A DNA stretch of 64,000 nt. Source: Mobula hypostoma (taxonomy: Eukaryota). Below the pieces are notes generated by a model that ran no database searches, was not told the origin of the DNA, and saw nothing but the letters and a program-made list of their open reading frames with translations. Positions within the stretch are counted from its first letter, which is position 1, and the number at the start of each line of letters is the position of its first letter. The DNA is taken from contig NC_086108.1 of assembly GCF_963921235.1 (NCBI RefSeq), positions 72,604,001 to 72,668,000 of the forward strand. The letters run 5' to 3'. The position numbers were made by a program, and so were the translations under genes. Of the stretch, positions 51,572-62,786 are shown piece by piece.

Positions 51572-52296
51572 TTCAAAGTTCAAAGTATATTTATTATCAA
51601 AGAATGTATAACCTTGAGATTCATCTCCTTACAGGCAGCCACAGAAAAAAAAGAAACCCAATAGAACCCATTAAAGAAGGCCATCAAACACCTAATGTGC
51701 AAAAAAAAACCAAATAGTGCAACAATAAAAAGTTAGTACATCACATTTAGAACTGAAGTTCCTGAAAGTGTGTTCACAATCACAAAGTTGGTCAATGCTG
51801 CAGCTGATCTAGGAGCTTTTTAGCTGCAGACCACAGCCTCAGTTCAGCGCAGAGAAAAATAAACCTTGCTGAGCAGCAAGCTGAACACCAGCCCTTCCTT
51901 CACCTCTGACCTTTTCAAACTGGCCCGGTGTTTAAATCTGCCAAATATCATGTCATTCCTTGCTCTTGGACCCCGGGCCCTGCCACCTTGATGCAGCCCG
52001 TACAGACCTTTCCAATTGCTTAAATCAGTCAAAGTTTGGCTCATACCTCACTCTGTCAGGCTCAGGACCCACCACTTCCATTTGGCCCATACATGCCACA
52101 CCACAGCCTTTGAGACTTCACACTGCAAAAATGCCAGGTCGTACAGGCAGTTTAAAAGCCCAACTCCAAAAGGGAAGTTACAGGATATTGATTGCAGTGA
52201 TCTTAAATCAGAAAAAATGTGATTAATAGAATAATTAGTAATTTTGTTTGCTGCCAGCAAGGCTTTGCTGTGTTTCAGCAGTGCCGTCTTAAACCA
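51572..52296 (-). mobile_element. Non-coding retroelement with Rex-type tail, nested in a Rex1 tail
   Basis: The minus strand starts 'ggtttAAGACGGC' and ends 'gataataaatatactttgaactttgaa'; no ORF homology recognised. Confidence 0.55.
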
Positions 52297-52304
52297 ACAG
52301 ATGT

Positions 52305-53160
52305 CATACACATTGATATATGTCATAAAATGTGTTGTTATGCAGCAGCAGTACAGTGCAATACATAACAATTGCTATAAAATAACATAAAATGTATTAA
52401 AAAGTGCAAAAAGAGAGCAAAATAGCCAAATAAGTTTGGGACCATTCAGAAATCTGACGGTGGAGGAGAGGAAGTTGTCGCTGAAATACTGAGTGTATGT
52501 CGTCAGGCTCCTGTACTTCCTCCCTGATAGGAGTAATAGGAGGTGAACATGACCGGGATGGTGAGAGTCCTTAGTGGTGGATGCATACCAGATAGTGATG
52601 CAACCACTCAGAATACTCTCCATTGTACTTCTGTAGACGTGTGCTTCTCTTTGATAAAGTACCAAATCTCCTCAAACTCTGGCTCCTGCTGTGCCTATTT
52701 CATGATTGCATCAATATGTTGGGCTCAGGATAGATCTTCTGAGATGCTGACACCCAGGGACTTGAAGCTGCTGACCCTTTCCGCAGCTGGCCCCTTAGTG
52801 AGACGGAGATAGGGCCTCTGCCCCTTTCCCCTTCAGTCCTGACAAAGGGTTCAGGCCCGAAACGTTGACTGATCATTTCCACGGATGCTGCCCGACCTGC
52901 TGAGTTCCTCCAGCGTGTTGTGAGTGTTCCCTCGCTGACCACTGCTGAGCTTTCTTCTGGCTTGCCCGTCCTGAAGTCCACCATGAATTCCATGCTCTGA
53001 CTGATACTGAGTGCAAGGTTGTTGCCACGACATTACTCAACCAGTTGAGTAACCATCAGTTGTGTCATTGGCAAATTCATGTATGGCATCTGAACTGTGC
53101 CTAGCTACATAGTCATGAGCTGGGCCTATGTTGATTGTTGGTGAGGAGGAGATGTTATTG
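52305..53160 (-). mobile_element. Rex1/Babar fragment containing a Penelope terminal insert
   Basis: Peptides 'YRSTMESILSGCITIWY...HHPGH..LLLSGRKYRSL' and 'MVDFR'. The Penelope piece at ~52803-52928 has a hammerhead motif at 52835-52870 (+, core CUGACAA). Confidence 0.85.
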
Positions 53161-53679
53161 GAGGATGACCTCAAGCAGACAGCAATCTGCACTAGCAACA
53201 GCAAGGGTGTTGGCAAGTGGCAGGGGAGGGAATTTTCAATATTGTCTTGTTGAGAAATGAAGGAAATTACTATACCATAGAACTGCTGATATTTCTGAGA
53301 TGTTCTAGTTACCTGCCGGAGAACTGTTTGTTTACACTGAGGTACTGCAGACCCTATGATAATGTGTAATCTGCTGTCTCAATGAATATTATGGTAAACT
53401 GACATTGCTTATGAGATATATGTGCTTCAAAAAGCTTTCAGGCATTGAGAGGTTGCTGTTAGTGCTGCAATGAATGCAACAAAATGACTGAGAGCCAGAG
53501 TGAGTGATTGGAGATGCCTGCTTCAATGGAAAGAATGGGCACCTGTGCAATGTCAGATGCCAAATTGTTTTCAGCGCCTTCTAAACAAGATAACGTGCTT
53601 TGATAACTATTGCCTGGGTAGCTCTGACATTCAGCATCATGAGGCTGGTCATGGCACACATTAACTCCAATTTCCCAGG

Positions 53680-54962
53680 CAACATCAACCCATTGCTGTT
53701 TGCCTACTAGTGAAACAGGGCTGCAGAAGATGTCATGTCCCTGGCCCTACACCTGTCTCTAGTGCAGCTGGATAGTAAAGTCAGCTACATTAGACTATCA
53801 TTTACTGATTACAGCCTGGCCTTCATTACTATAATTTCAAGCAAAACCATCTCCAAATTTCTCATCCTGGGACTGAACATATTGTTTGCAACTGGATCCT
53901 TGCGTTCCTGACCAACAATCAGTAAATATGGGCAGTGACACCTCCACCATGATTATTCTCAATGCTGGTGCCCCACAAGGCTGTATCCTCAACCCCTGAC
54001 TCTACTCTCTGTACACTCACGACTAGGTGGCCTAATTCTGCTCTAGCTTCATCTACAAGTTTGTGGATGATACTATCACAGTCACTATATCTCAAATAAC
54101 AATGAATCAGAGTACGGAAGACAGATAGAGAGCCCGGTGACGCTATCCTGTCTCTCAGTGTCAGCAAAAGAAAAGAACTGGTCATTGACTTCAAGAAGGG
54201 CTGAAGGTCGGGGTGTGTAGTGCTTGAGTCTACATCAAAGGTTCTAAGGTTGACATATTTAAGACTTTAAGTTCCTAGGAATAAGCACCACCAATAATCT
54301 GTCCTGATCCAACCATGTTGATGCCACGACCAAGGAAGCTCACCAATGCTTCAACTTCCTCAGGAGGACAAAGAAATTCAGCCTGTCCCCTTTGACCCTC
54401 ACCAATTTCCATTGATGCCTCATGGAAAATATCCTATCTGGATACATCACAGCTTGGCATGGCAACTGCTCTGCTTGAGCTGTAAGAAACTGCAGAGTGG
54501 TGTGACACTGCTCAGCACATCATGGAAACTAGCCTCCCCTCCAAAGAATCTGTCTACACTTCATACTGCCTTGGTAAAGTAGTCAGCATAATCCAAGAAC
54601 CCACCCATTCTGGGCATTCTTTCATTCCCCCTCCCCCACTAGACAAGAATCAGAAGCTTGAAAGAACATACAACCATGCTCAAGGACTGCTGCTATCCCA
54701 CTGTTATAAGGCCATTGAATGTCCCCAAGTATGATAAAATAAACTCTTGACCTTACAATCTGCTCTGTTTTGACCTTGTGTCTTATTATCTATCTGCATG
54801 CATTCTCCCTGTAACTGTAACACTTAATTCAGCACCGTTATCATTTCACCTTGGACTATCTCAATGCACTGTTGTACTAAATTGATCTGGAGGAATAGGA
54901 TGCAAGCTAAGTTTTTCACTGTACTTTAATACATATGACTATAATAAACCAATTTACCAACT
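53680..54962 (+). mobile_element. Rex1/Babar LINE fragment
   Basis: 'ggtgccccacaaggctgtatcctc' (GAPQGCIL) and 'tacaagtttgtggatgatact' (YKFVDDT); tail 'aataaaccaatttaccaa'. Confidence 0.9.
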
Positions 54963-55849
54963 TATGACTGGGTGCAGGAGTGAGTGACTGGAGATGTCTG
55001 TCACTCTGGAGTGAATGGGCTTTGACCTCCGTGCAATGCCAGGTACCCAATTATTTTCAGACCCCTCAAATCTCATTATAACTGAGAGAGAAGCTGAGCA
55101 GTTTTAGCTGTGAGGCCAGCTTTAACTGCTGTTACCCTTTCACAGTATTATTTACCCATTGATGTCTGCAGCCAATGAATAATGCAGTTAGCCCTGGCTG
55201 TTGTGCTACAGTTGTGAACATTAGCAGTCTGCATTGCACTCAATGGTCTTGGATTAAATGTGCTTCACGATCCCCAGATCTGTTTTCAGGGGCTATTGAA
55301 TTAAGCCTCCAGAGGCCATTAATCAAGTCAGCTGGAATCTTACCAATGTATGTTTTTTGTGCATCTTCTTCCATACCAAAGTCTCATAGGATAACATGGG
55401 TTGTTCTTTCCGGATTGTACATTTCTTCGGTCTGTTTATGAAGGCAGTATTATTTTATAAAATTGGTTTTAATGGGGATCAATGGGTTACAACTGTTCTT
55501 TCTCCTCAGGGATCTGTCTACAAATCTAATCCAGATAAATGGGGGAAAGTATCCTCCAACCACTGCTTTTATGAACTGTAAATTAAATAAGTTTGGACAT
55601 TCCAAGTTCTCAGCAGATGCCCATAATACAAAGTGCTATATATTAAATATCCTTTATATTACAATGATTTTTTAACATACTGACAATTTCATGCTGTGCG
55701 AACCAACCTTGGTCGCATTATGAGCAAATTCCACGACCCTTTGTGGTAACAGACCACAGGCTTAGTAAATAGGTGCTTTTGTAATTAGTTGGTGAGTTGC
55801 AGACTAAAGTTTCATTTCTGATCATGGAAGGAGTTGAGAGAAACCTACA

Positions 55850-56310
55850 AAATTTGCAGATAGCAAAAATCCAGAATAAAAACAGAAAATACTGGAGATG
55901 CTGAGTGGTTCAGACAGCTCCTGTGGAGAGAGTGAGATAGGTTTCGTATGTGAGATTGATGAAATCAGTTCTGTTGAAAGGTCATTAACCTGAAATGCTA
56001 ACTCTGCTTCTCTGATGTCTGACCTTTGGAATATCTCCAGCAATTTTTCTGTTTAACTTCTTGACAGGGTTTAAATTTCAATTTGAGAATTTAATACCAA
56101 CAATAAAAAGCTGTAAATGGTGGATATCTGAAATAAGAACTGAAGTTTGAAAACTCAGCAGGTCAGGTAGCATCTGTGAAAGGAGAAACAGAGTTAATGC
56201 TTCAAGTCTGAGAACTGACAGTGCATCTTGGACCAAACACTTCCACACTTTCTGTTTTCACAAATGTTGCCTGAACTGCCGAGTGTTTCTAACACTTCTG
56301 TTTTTGTTTT
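55850..56310. mobile_element. Two older Penelope-derived palindromic miniatures
   Basis: Inverted arms 'aaacagaaaatactggagat...atctccagcaatttttctgttt' (~55880-56055) and a second set at ~56100-56310; hammerhead remnant at 55967-56003. Confidence 0.7.
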
Positions 56311-56901
56311 GGGGTTCTCGTCCTCACCTGGACTGAGTCTACAACCAGATTAACAACAGCAGATGTATTTCCCACCAGCAGTCTCAATAACTTCAGAGGC
56401 ACCTAATGAAGGAATCTTTTAACAGTTCTAATGCTAAAAGCCCAACTGCCGTCCGTGGCAAAAGGTAATGTACAATGTACAAGTTTTAGAAACAGACTTT
56501 TATGGCCAGGTATAGTCAATCTTATTTCTAAATGTAATTAAATTATTTTGTAAATATGATGCACTGTTTGTTGTGATACATTACTTTCTACAAGATTTTC
56601 TCTCCTATGAAAAATTTGAAAGCTGTTACCTCCCAAATTTTCACATTTTATAACTTCTCCAATTAGTATTCTATCATATACAGCTGCACATTCCTTTATA
56701 CAAAATTCTGAAATCCAAAAAGCTCCGAAAACCGAAGTTTTTTTCGCCAACAGCTGACGTTACTCAGGTATGACGTGGCAGCACTAGCAGAGGCCGCCAG
56801 ACGTCAGCTGTGGCTCAGCACTCGTATTGGTTACACGTGCATTTGCTGTTCACTGGTATTTTGTGTTCACTGTTGACTTTGTGTTTAATTTCACTGTGGA
56901 A

Positions 56902-57147
56902 ATGTCAAAAAGAGCTGCAGATACCCCTATGGGTAACAATAAGAAAAAGAGAAGGAAGCATCTATCATTATCAGTAACGCAGAAAGTGGAGTTATTGCAA
57001 AAGCTTGATCGTGGTGTGTCTGTGCAGCGTCTTACTGAAGAGTGTGGTGTCGGAACTACCACTGTATATGATTTAAATAAACAGAAAGACAAGTTACTGA
57101 AGTTTTATAGTGACTGTGACAGTGACGTTCTACATTTATTCCAATAA
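56902..57147 (+). pseudogene. Truncated Tigger transposase N-terminal HTH (psq/CENP-B type)
   Basis: MSKRAADTPMGNNKKKRRKHLSLSVTQKVELLQKLDRGVSVQRLTEECGVGTTTVYDLNKQKDKLLKFY; no DDE domain. Confidence 0.85.
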
Positions 57148-57468
57148 CTCATTTACCATGTGTTTGATTCGGTTCATTTGAAGCTGTATATTTTTATGTT
57201 TTATTAGAAATAAATTTTTTCTTGTCATTATTCCCTAAACAATACAGTATAACAACGATTTACATAGCAGTTACATTGTATTAGGTATTATAAGTAATCT
57301 AGAGATGATTTAAAATATATGGGAGGATGTGCGTAGGTTTGGTGCGCTGCCGGGTCCTAAAGTCCACTGCACTGAGACAGGTTAAATAAGGGACTTGAGC
57401 ATACGTGATTTTTGGTATCGGTGGGGGGGGGGGGCCTCTAAAATCCAAAAATTTCTGAATTCGGAAAT

Positions 57469-58987
57469 AGTAGTAGTAGTCATACTCTTATTGATCCAGG
57501 GGGAAATTGGTTTTCGTTACAGTTGCACCATAAATAATAAACAGTAATAGAACCATAAATAGTTAAATAGTAATATGTAAATTATGAAATAAGTCCAGGA
57601 CCAGCCTATTGGCTCAGAGTGTCTAACCCTCCAAGGGAGGAGTTGTAAAGTTTGATGGCCACAGGCAGGAATGACTTCCTATAACGGTCTGTGCTGCATC
57701 TCGGTGGAATGAGTCTCTGGCTGAATGTACTCCTGTGCCCACCCAGTACATTATGTAGTGGATGGGAGACATTGACCAAGATGGCATGCAACTTAGACAG
57801 CATCCTCTTTTCAGACACCATCGTGAGAGAGTCCAGTTCCAATCCCACAACATCACTGGCCTTATGAATGAGTTTGTTGATTCTGTTGGTGTCTGCTACC
57901 CTCAGCCTGCTGCCCCAGCACACAACAGCAAACATGATAGCACTGGCCACCACAGACTCGTAGAACATCCTCAGCATCATCAGGCAGATGGTAAAGGACC
58001 TCAGTCTCCTCAGGAAATAGAGATGGCTCTGACCCTTCTTGTAGACAGCCTCAGTGTTCTTTGACCAGTCCAGTTTATTGTCAATTCATATCCCCAGGTA
58101 TTTGTAATCCTCCACCATGTCCCCACTGACCCCCTGGGTGGAAACAGGGGTCACCGGTACCTTAGCCCTCCTCAGGTCTACCACCAGCTACTTAATCTTT
58201 TTCACATTAAGCTGCAGATAATTCTGCTCATACCATGTAACAAAGTTTCCTATCGTAGCCCTGTACTCAGCCTCATCTCCCTTGCTGATGCATCCAACTA
58301 TGGCAGAGTCATCAGAAAACTTCTGAAGATGACAAGACTCTGTGCAGTAGTTGAAGTCCGAGGTGTAAATGGTGAAGAGAAAGGGAGACAAGACAGTCCC
58401 CTGTGGAGCCCCAGTGCTGCTGATCACTCTGTCGGACACACAGACACGTACTGTGGTCTGCCAGTCAGGTAATCAAGAATCCATGATACCAGGGAAGCAT
58501 CCACCTGCATCGCAGTCAGCTTCTCCCCCAGCAGAGCAGGGTGGATGGTGTTGAACACACTGGGGAAGTCAAAAAACATGACCCCCACAGTGCTCGCTGG
58601 CTTGTCCAGGTGGGCGTAGACAGGGTTCAGCAGGTAGACGATGGCATCCTCAACTCCTAGTCGGGGCTGGTAGGCGAACTGGAGGGGATCTGAGTGTGGC
58701 CTGACCATAGGCTGGAACAACTCCAGAACAAGTCTCTCCTGGGTCTTCATGATGTGGGAGGTCAATGCCACCGGTCTGTAGTCATTGAGGCCGCTGGGGC
58801 GCGGCGTCTTTGGCACAGGGACGAGGCAGGACGTCTTCCACAGTACAGGAACCCTCCGGAGCCTCAGGCTCAGGTTGAATACATGGCGAAGTACTCCACA
58901 TAGCTGAGGGGCACAGGCTTTGAGCACCCTGGTACTGACACCATCCGGTCCTGCAGCCTTGCTTGGGTTGAGACGTTTCAGCTGTCT
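57469..58987 (-). mobile_element. Rex1/Babar LINE, 5'-truncated
   Basis: Peptides 'KAAGPDGV', 'NDYRPVALTS', 'TGAPQGTVLSPFLF', 'QKFSDDSAIVG' and 'FLPVAIKLYN'; (TAC)n tail; GAAAT at 57464-68 and 58988-92 is a candidate TSD. Confidence 0.95.
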
Positions 58988-59489
58988 GAAATGCAACTGA
59001 CCGCAAGGATTTTGTATAAGGGATTGTGGGCCTGTACTAATGAAACTGGGTATTGAAACTGTACAAACTCAACTTACAAAACGGACTCTGTGGAACTACT
59101 TATGCTACAGCATCCTTCTTCATACTTTTCAACCTCCCTTCAGTTCTTGTGATGGTGGCATCTGACTTCAATTCCTTATTTCAGCCTTTGTTTTGTGCTC
59201 CATTCCACTACTGCCAATCTGTGGGTAACAGCATCTCTCGTTGCCCCTACACTTTTACTTCTGAACAATTGAAGATCCAATTTTGGCTTCAATGTCCTAC
59301 CTTTGTTATACTCCTCAATCTGTCAATATCCAGTCAGTTTTTAGCTAAATGTCTTCCAGTGAAAAGGGGTGAGGAAAGTTTCAGCTTTTGTCATAGAGTC
59401 ATAGAGCAATACAGCCCAGATACACGTCCTTCAGCCTAACCAGTCCTTTCTCACCCTTTTGCATTGCAGTTTGAGCCAAGAACATTTAG

Positions 59490-59850
59490 GAAGGAAAAGT
59501 TTCCATTTATGTAGCACCCAACATATCATAGAGTGCTTTTCAACCAATCATGTACTCGTTGATCGTAGTCTGCTAGTAATGTGGTAAACACAGCAGCCTA
59601 TTTGCACATAGAATACAATTAATGTTAATAAATAAATATTGGCAAGACAAGAGAAAAACAAATCCATTCTCTTTAAAATAACATCATGTGACCGTATAGT
59701 TTTATGTGAGAAAGTAGGTGGGCCTCTATTTTAATACTTACTATGAAATGTAGTACTGCCAACAAAGCAGTAATTCCCAAAGCATAATCACTTATAATTC
59801 TATATTTCTGATCCTTGAGAAGAACTGCTCCTAAAACTGTCAGTCATGAC
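59490..59850 (-). mobile_element. Ancient Deu-domain SINE remnant (SacSINE1/AmnSINE1-like)
   Basis: 'catttatgtagcacc...gtgcttttcaaccaat...cagcagcctatttgcaca...aatattggcaagaca...gggcctctattttaa' follows the DeuSINE layout as I recall it. Confidence 0.5.
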
Positions 59851-60126
59851 TTTGTTGCTTTAGTTTGTGACGATTCTGCTGAAAAAAAAACAGGAAAAGC
59901 TGCAGATCTGAGATAAAAGCAGCAAGTCAGGCTGCATTTGTGGAAACAATATTACAGGTTGGTCACTGACCTAACACATTGAATCTTACCTTCCTCCCAT
60001 AATAACAGCTCAATCTTCCAAGTGCCATCATAATTCTGTGCTCTTGCACCAGGTTCGGTCTGTTCTGCGACATACAGGAAAGGGTGGTTAACTGAAATTG
60101 ATGAATTCAGTATTGAACTCCAAGCA

Positions 60127-60313
60127 ATGCACATAGAAGTTGCTGGTGAACGCAGCAGGCCAGGCAGCATCTCTAGGAAGAGGTACAGTTGACGTTTCAG
60201 ACCGAGACCCGTCGACTGTACCTCTTCCTAGAGATGCTGCCTGGCCTGCTGTGTTCACCAGCAACTTTTATGTGTGTTGCTTGAATTTCCAGCATCTGCA
60301 GAATTCCTGTTGT
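60127..60313. mobile_element. Penelope-derived palindromic miniature (same subfamily as 21509-22985)
   Basis: ~70-bp inverted arms plus a one-sided tail; 14-bp TSD TTGAACTCCAAGCA at 60113-26 and 60314-27. Confidence 0.92.
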
Positions 60314-60768
60314 TTGAACTCCAAGCATGGGCTCGATGGAAGATGAGATGTTGTGCCTTGAATTTACCTTTACTGGAAAAACATAAGAGGGTAAGCAGCG
60401 ATGGCCCCATCCCACATGAAGTTAATACTTTCCTGGCCAGCCTCCTTTCCTCTTATCTGTGAACCTCACCTCATCCATTGACTTAATTACACTACTTCCC
60501 AACCGAAATCCACCTAATCTTTACACACATCCCACTGGCATTTGACTCCCAGTGCTCCACATTTCAAATTGTCTGTATTGTGTTGAAATTGTTCTTTACT
60601 TCAATTGTTTGCATGATTTGTATTTTTTCTTCCCCTTGGACATTGAGGGCTGGTCTTTTATTTATATTTTTATTCTTTTTTTATCAGGTTCTTTCTGGTT
60701 TCTTGCTTTGTCGCTACCTCTAAGCAAGCAAATCTCAAGGTTATATAATTCATACATACTTTCATAAT

Positions 60769-60984
60769 TTTTTTAAGCGTGTCGTACCAGACATTCAGCC
60801 ATTCTTGTCTGGCACGTGGTGTCAGGATTAACTGGTTCGCGCCTTTGTATTTTTTACGAGGCTGAGTGGCTAGCTCGACACTCAACCCGGCACGGATGGA
60901 GAGCGTGCTCGGGGATGGCCTGACCTGGATTCGAACTCGGGAACCTTAGCTCCGGCACCGATCTCACTGTGCCGCCAGCCGGCT
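60769..60984 (-). mobile_element. tRNA-derived SINE, full length
   Basis: Minus strand has an A-box-like TGGCGGCACAGTG, a B box GAGTTCGAATCC and a short oligo(A) end. 12-bp TSD TACTTTCATAAT at 60757-68 and 60985-96. Inserted in a Rex-type tail. Confidence 0.9.
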
Positions 60985-61687
60985 TACTTTCATAATGAAT
61001 GTACTTGAATCTTGAAATTCTTCGTCTCTTTGCTCCCTGGGCTTTGTTGTTCTCTGCCGCCATGAATCCTTCTCAATTTTCCTTTTCTACATCTCCCATT
61101 GTGTGCATTCTTCTCTCCACTCAAACTACCATGAATGGCCTTGTCTTCATTGACTCATCCCAGGATCTAAAACTCACATCCTACGTAACTCAACTTCTCT
61201 TATTCTTTACTTTATTCTTTCTAGAATCTTCCATAAAACTCACTTCTGACTAATTCTTCAATCATCACTCCTCATATCATTATTGGCATAGCTTCCACTT
61301 TCAGGGTTTATCTCTGTTAAGATTCTTGGGCTATTTTTCTGAGTTAAAATTCCATATAAATGCAAGCTGTTCTTATTAGTTCCTGATGAAAGACATGAAG
61401 TTAGACAGATGTATAACTGAGAAGTGCTTTTGGGCACATTAATAATATGTGGCCATACAGCATTACTTTGATAAAACGGATGATCAGAAACAAGGAGAGG
61501 TGAAAACTGCATCTTATTCAGCACAACTGACAATAAATTGCAAGTGCCTCGTAGGTCTCAAGTATCTAACTATGGGAATGGATGCTGTTCAATAGATGGT
61601 GTTGTTTTGGAACGGTGACTTCCTAACCAGTAAGTTCTCTCCATTCATGTATGACAACACAGGTTTGGTTCTGAACCATTAAAAGCT

Positions 61688-61714
61688 TGTGTGTGTGTGT
61701 GTGTGTGTGTGTGT
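61688..61714. repeat. (TG)n microsatellite
   Basis: About 13 TG units. Confidence 0.95.
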
Positions 61715-62786
61715 GAGAGAATTAGTCAATTTCAGCAGTAAGAATCACTCTTTACTGCTGTGTCTCAAGTTAAGCAAGACATCTGCTTCTCATTGATGTG
61801 CGATTGTAAGTGCTGGCAATGTGTCTGCTTCTGATAGTGGTATCATGTAAAGCACCAATCATTTTGCATGCAGTAGATAAGCAAAAGAAAATAAATTAAG
61901 GGGAGAGAAAGGAGAAAGAACATTACTTTGTACTTCACTTGTGAGTGCTTAATAACACCTATGTTTTGATTGCTTGGCTTAATTGCATTATTTCCCAGCC
62001 ATTTGTTGCATCAGCATGGCATATTGATTAGTTCAGTCAGTGAGAAAGTAATAATGAACTAATGAAAACTAAATGATCTCATAAGAATGGGTAATAATAC
62101 AGCCATCATAATTAGCTATAACTTCAGATTGCTGGCCACATGCTCTGAACTTGTTAATTAATGACTAATTTGTGTATATAGTATACAGTATTGAAACTAG
62201 TACATTTATAAAATGGTATGATTAGCAGCTTGCTCAGAGTTAAGGAGCAAAAGGTGTAGTTTATCAAAGAGGTGGATTAATACATAAAATGTTGATTCTA
62301 CCTTTACTTTCTTTTCTGGTTGTGTGTTTGATATTTGCCACTCCCATGTACAAAAGAGTTATCCACTGGAATCCAGCTAATGTGTTGGATCTATTGCCTA
62401 TACTTGAGAATGAAAGTCACCTCAACCTCAATAGTCCAAACTATAGTATGCAGACAGTGCTTGGTTATGTGTGTTTTCAAAGGCTAAACTGCAAGGCATC
62501 ATTTACCAGAGCAAAGAAGTTTGTGAGAGGGGTCTACCATTCTATCCCTTCTTGACAATGAAGATCTCTTGCAATATCCTGAAAGACATGGATCACTTCT
62601 GGTACCTCAGCAAAGGCAGACAGTGATTATGAAATTGGTGTCTCTAGTGCTTCTGCACTTTATCTCTCAAGAACAGAATCTTTGACAATCCAAGGAAAAG
62701 ATCCAGTCCTCAAACTATGTACAAATCTCACATGTCTACCAGGCAGCAGGTACTCCTGTCATCTTATCCGCTTCTGAGACCGGGTC

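Larger units (their letters stand above)
56681..59034 (+). mobile_element. Tigger/pogo non-autonomous transposon, split by a Rex1 insertion (57469-58987)
   Basis: TA TSD (56679-80, 59035-36); imperfect 28-bp TIRs (CAGCTGCACATTCCTTTATACAAAATTC vs CAGGCCCACAATCCCTTATACAAAATCC); transposase N-terminus. Confidence 0.9.

Noticed and set aside
61378..61410. CTGATGA as another hammerhead
   Set aside because: No stem II followed by GAAA and no Penelope flanks; the same applies to the CTGATGA near 13572.
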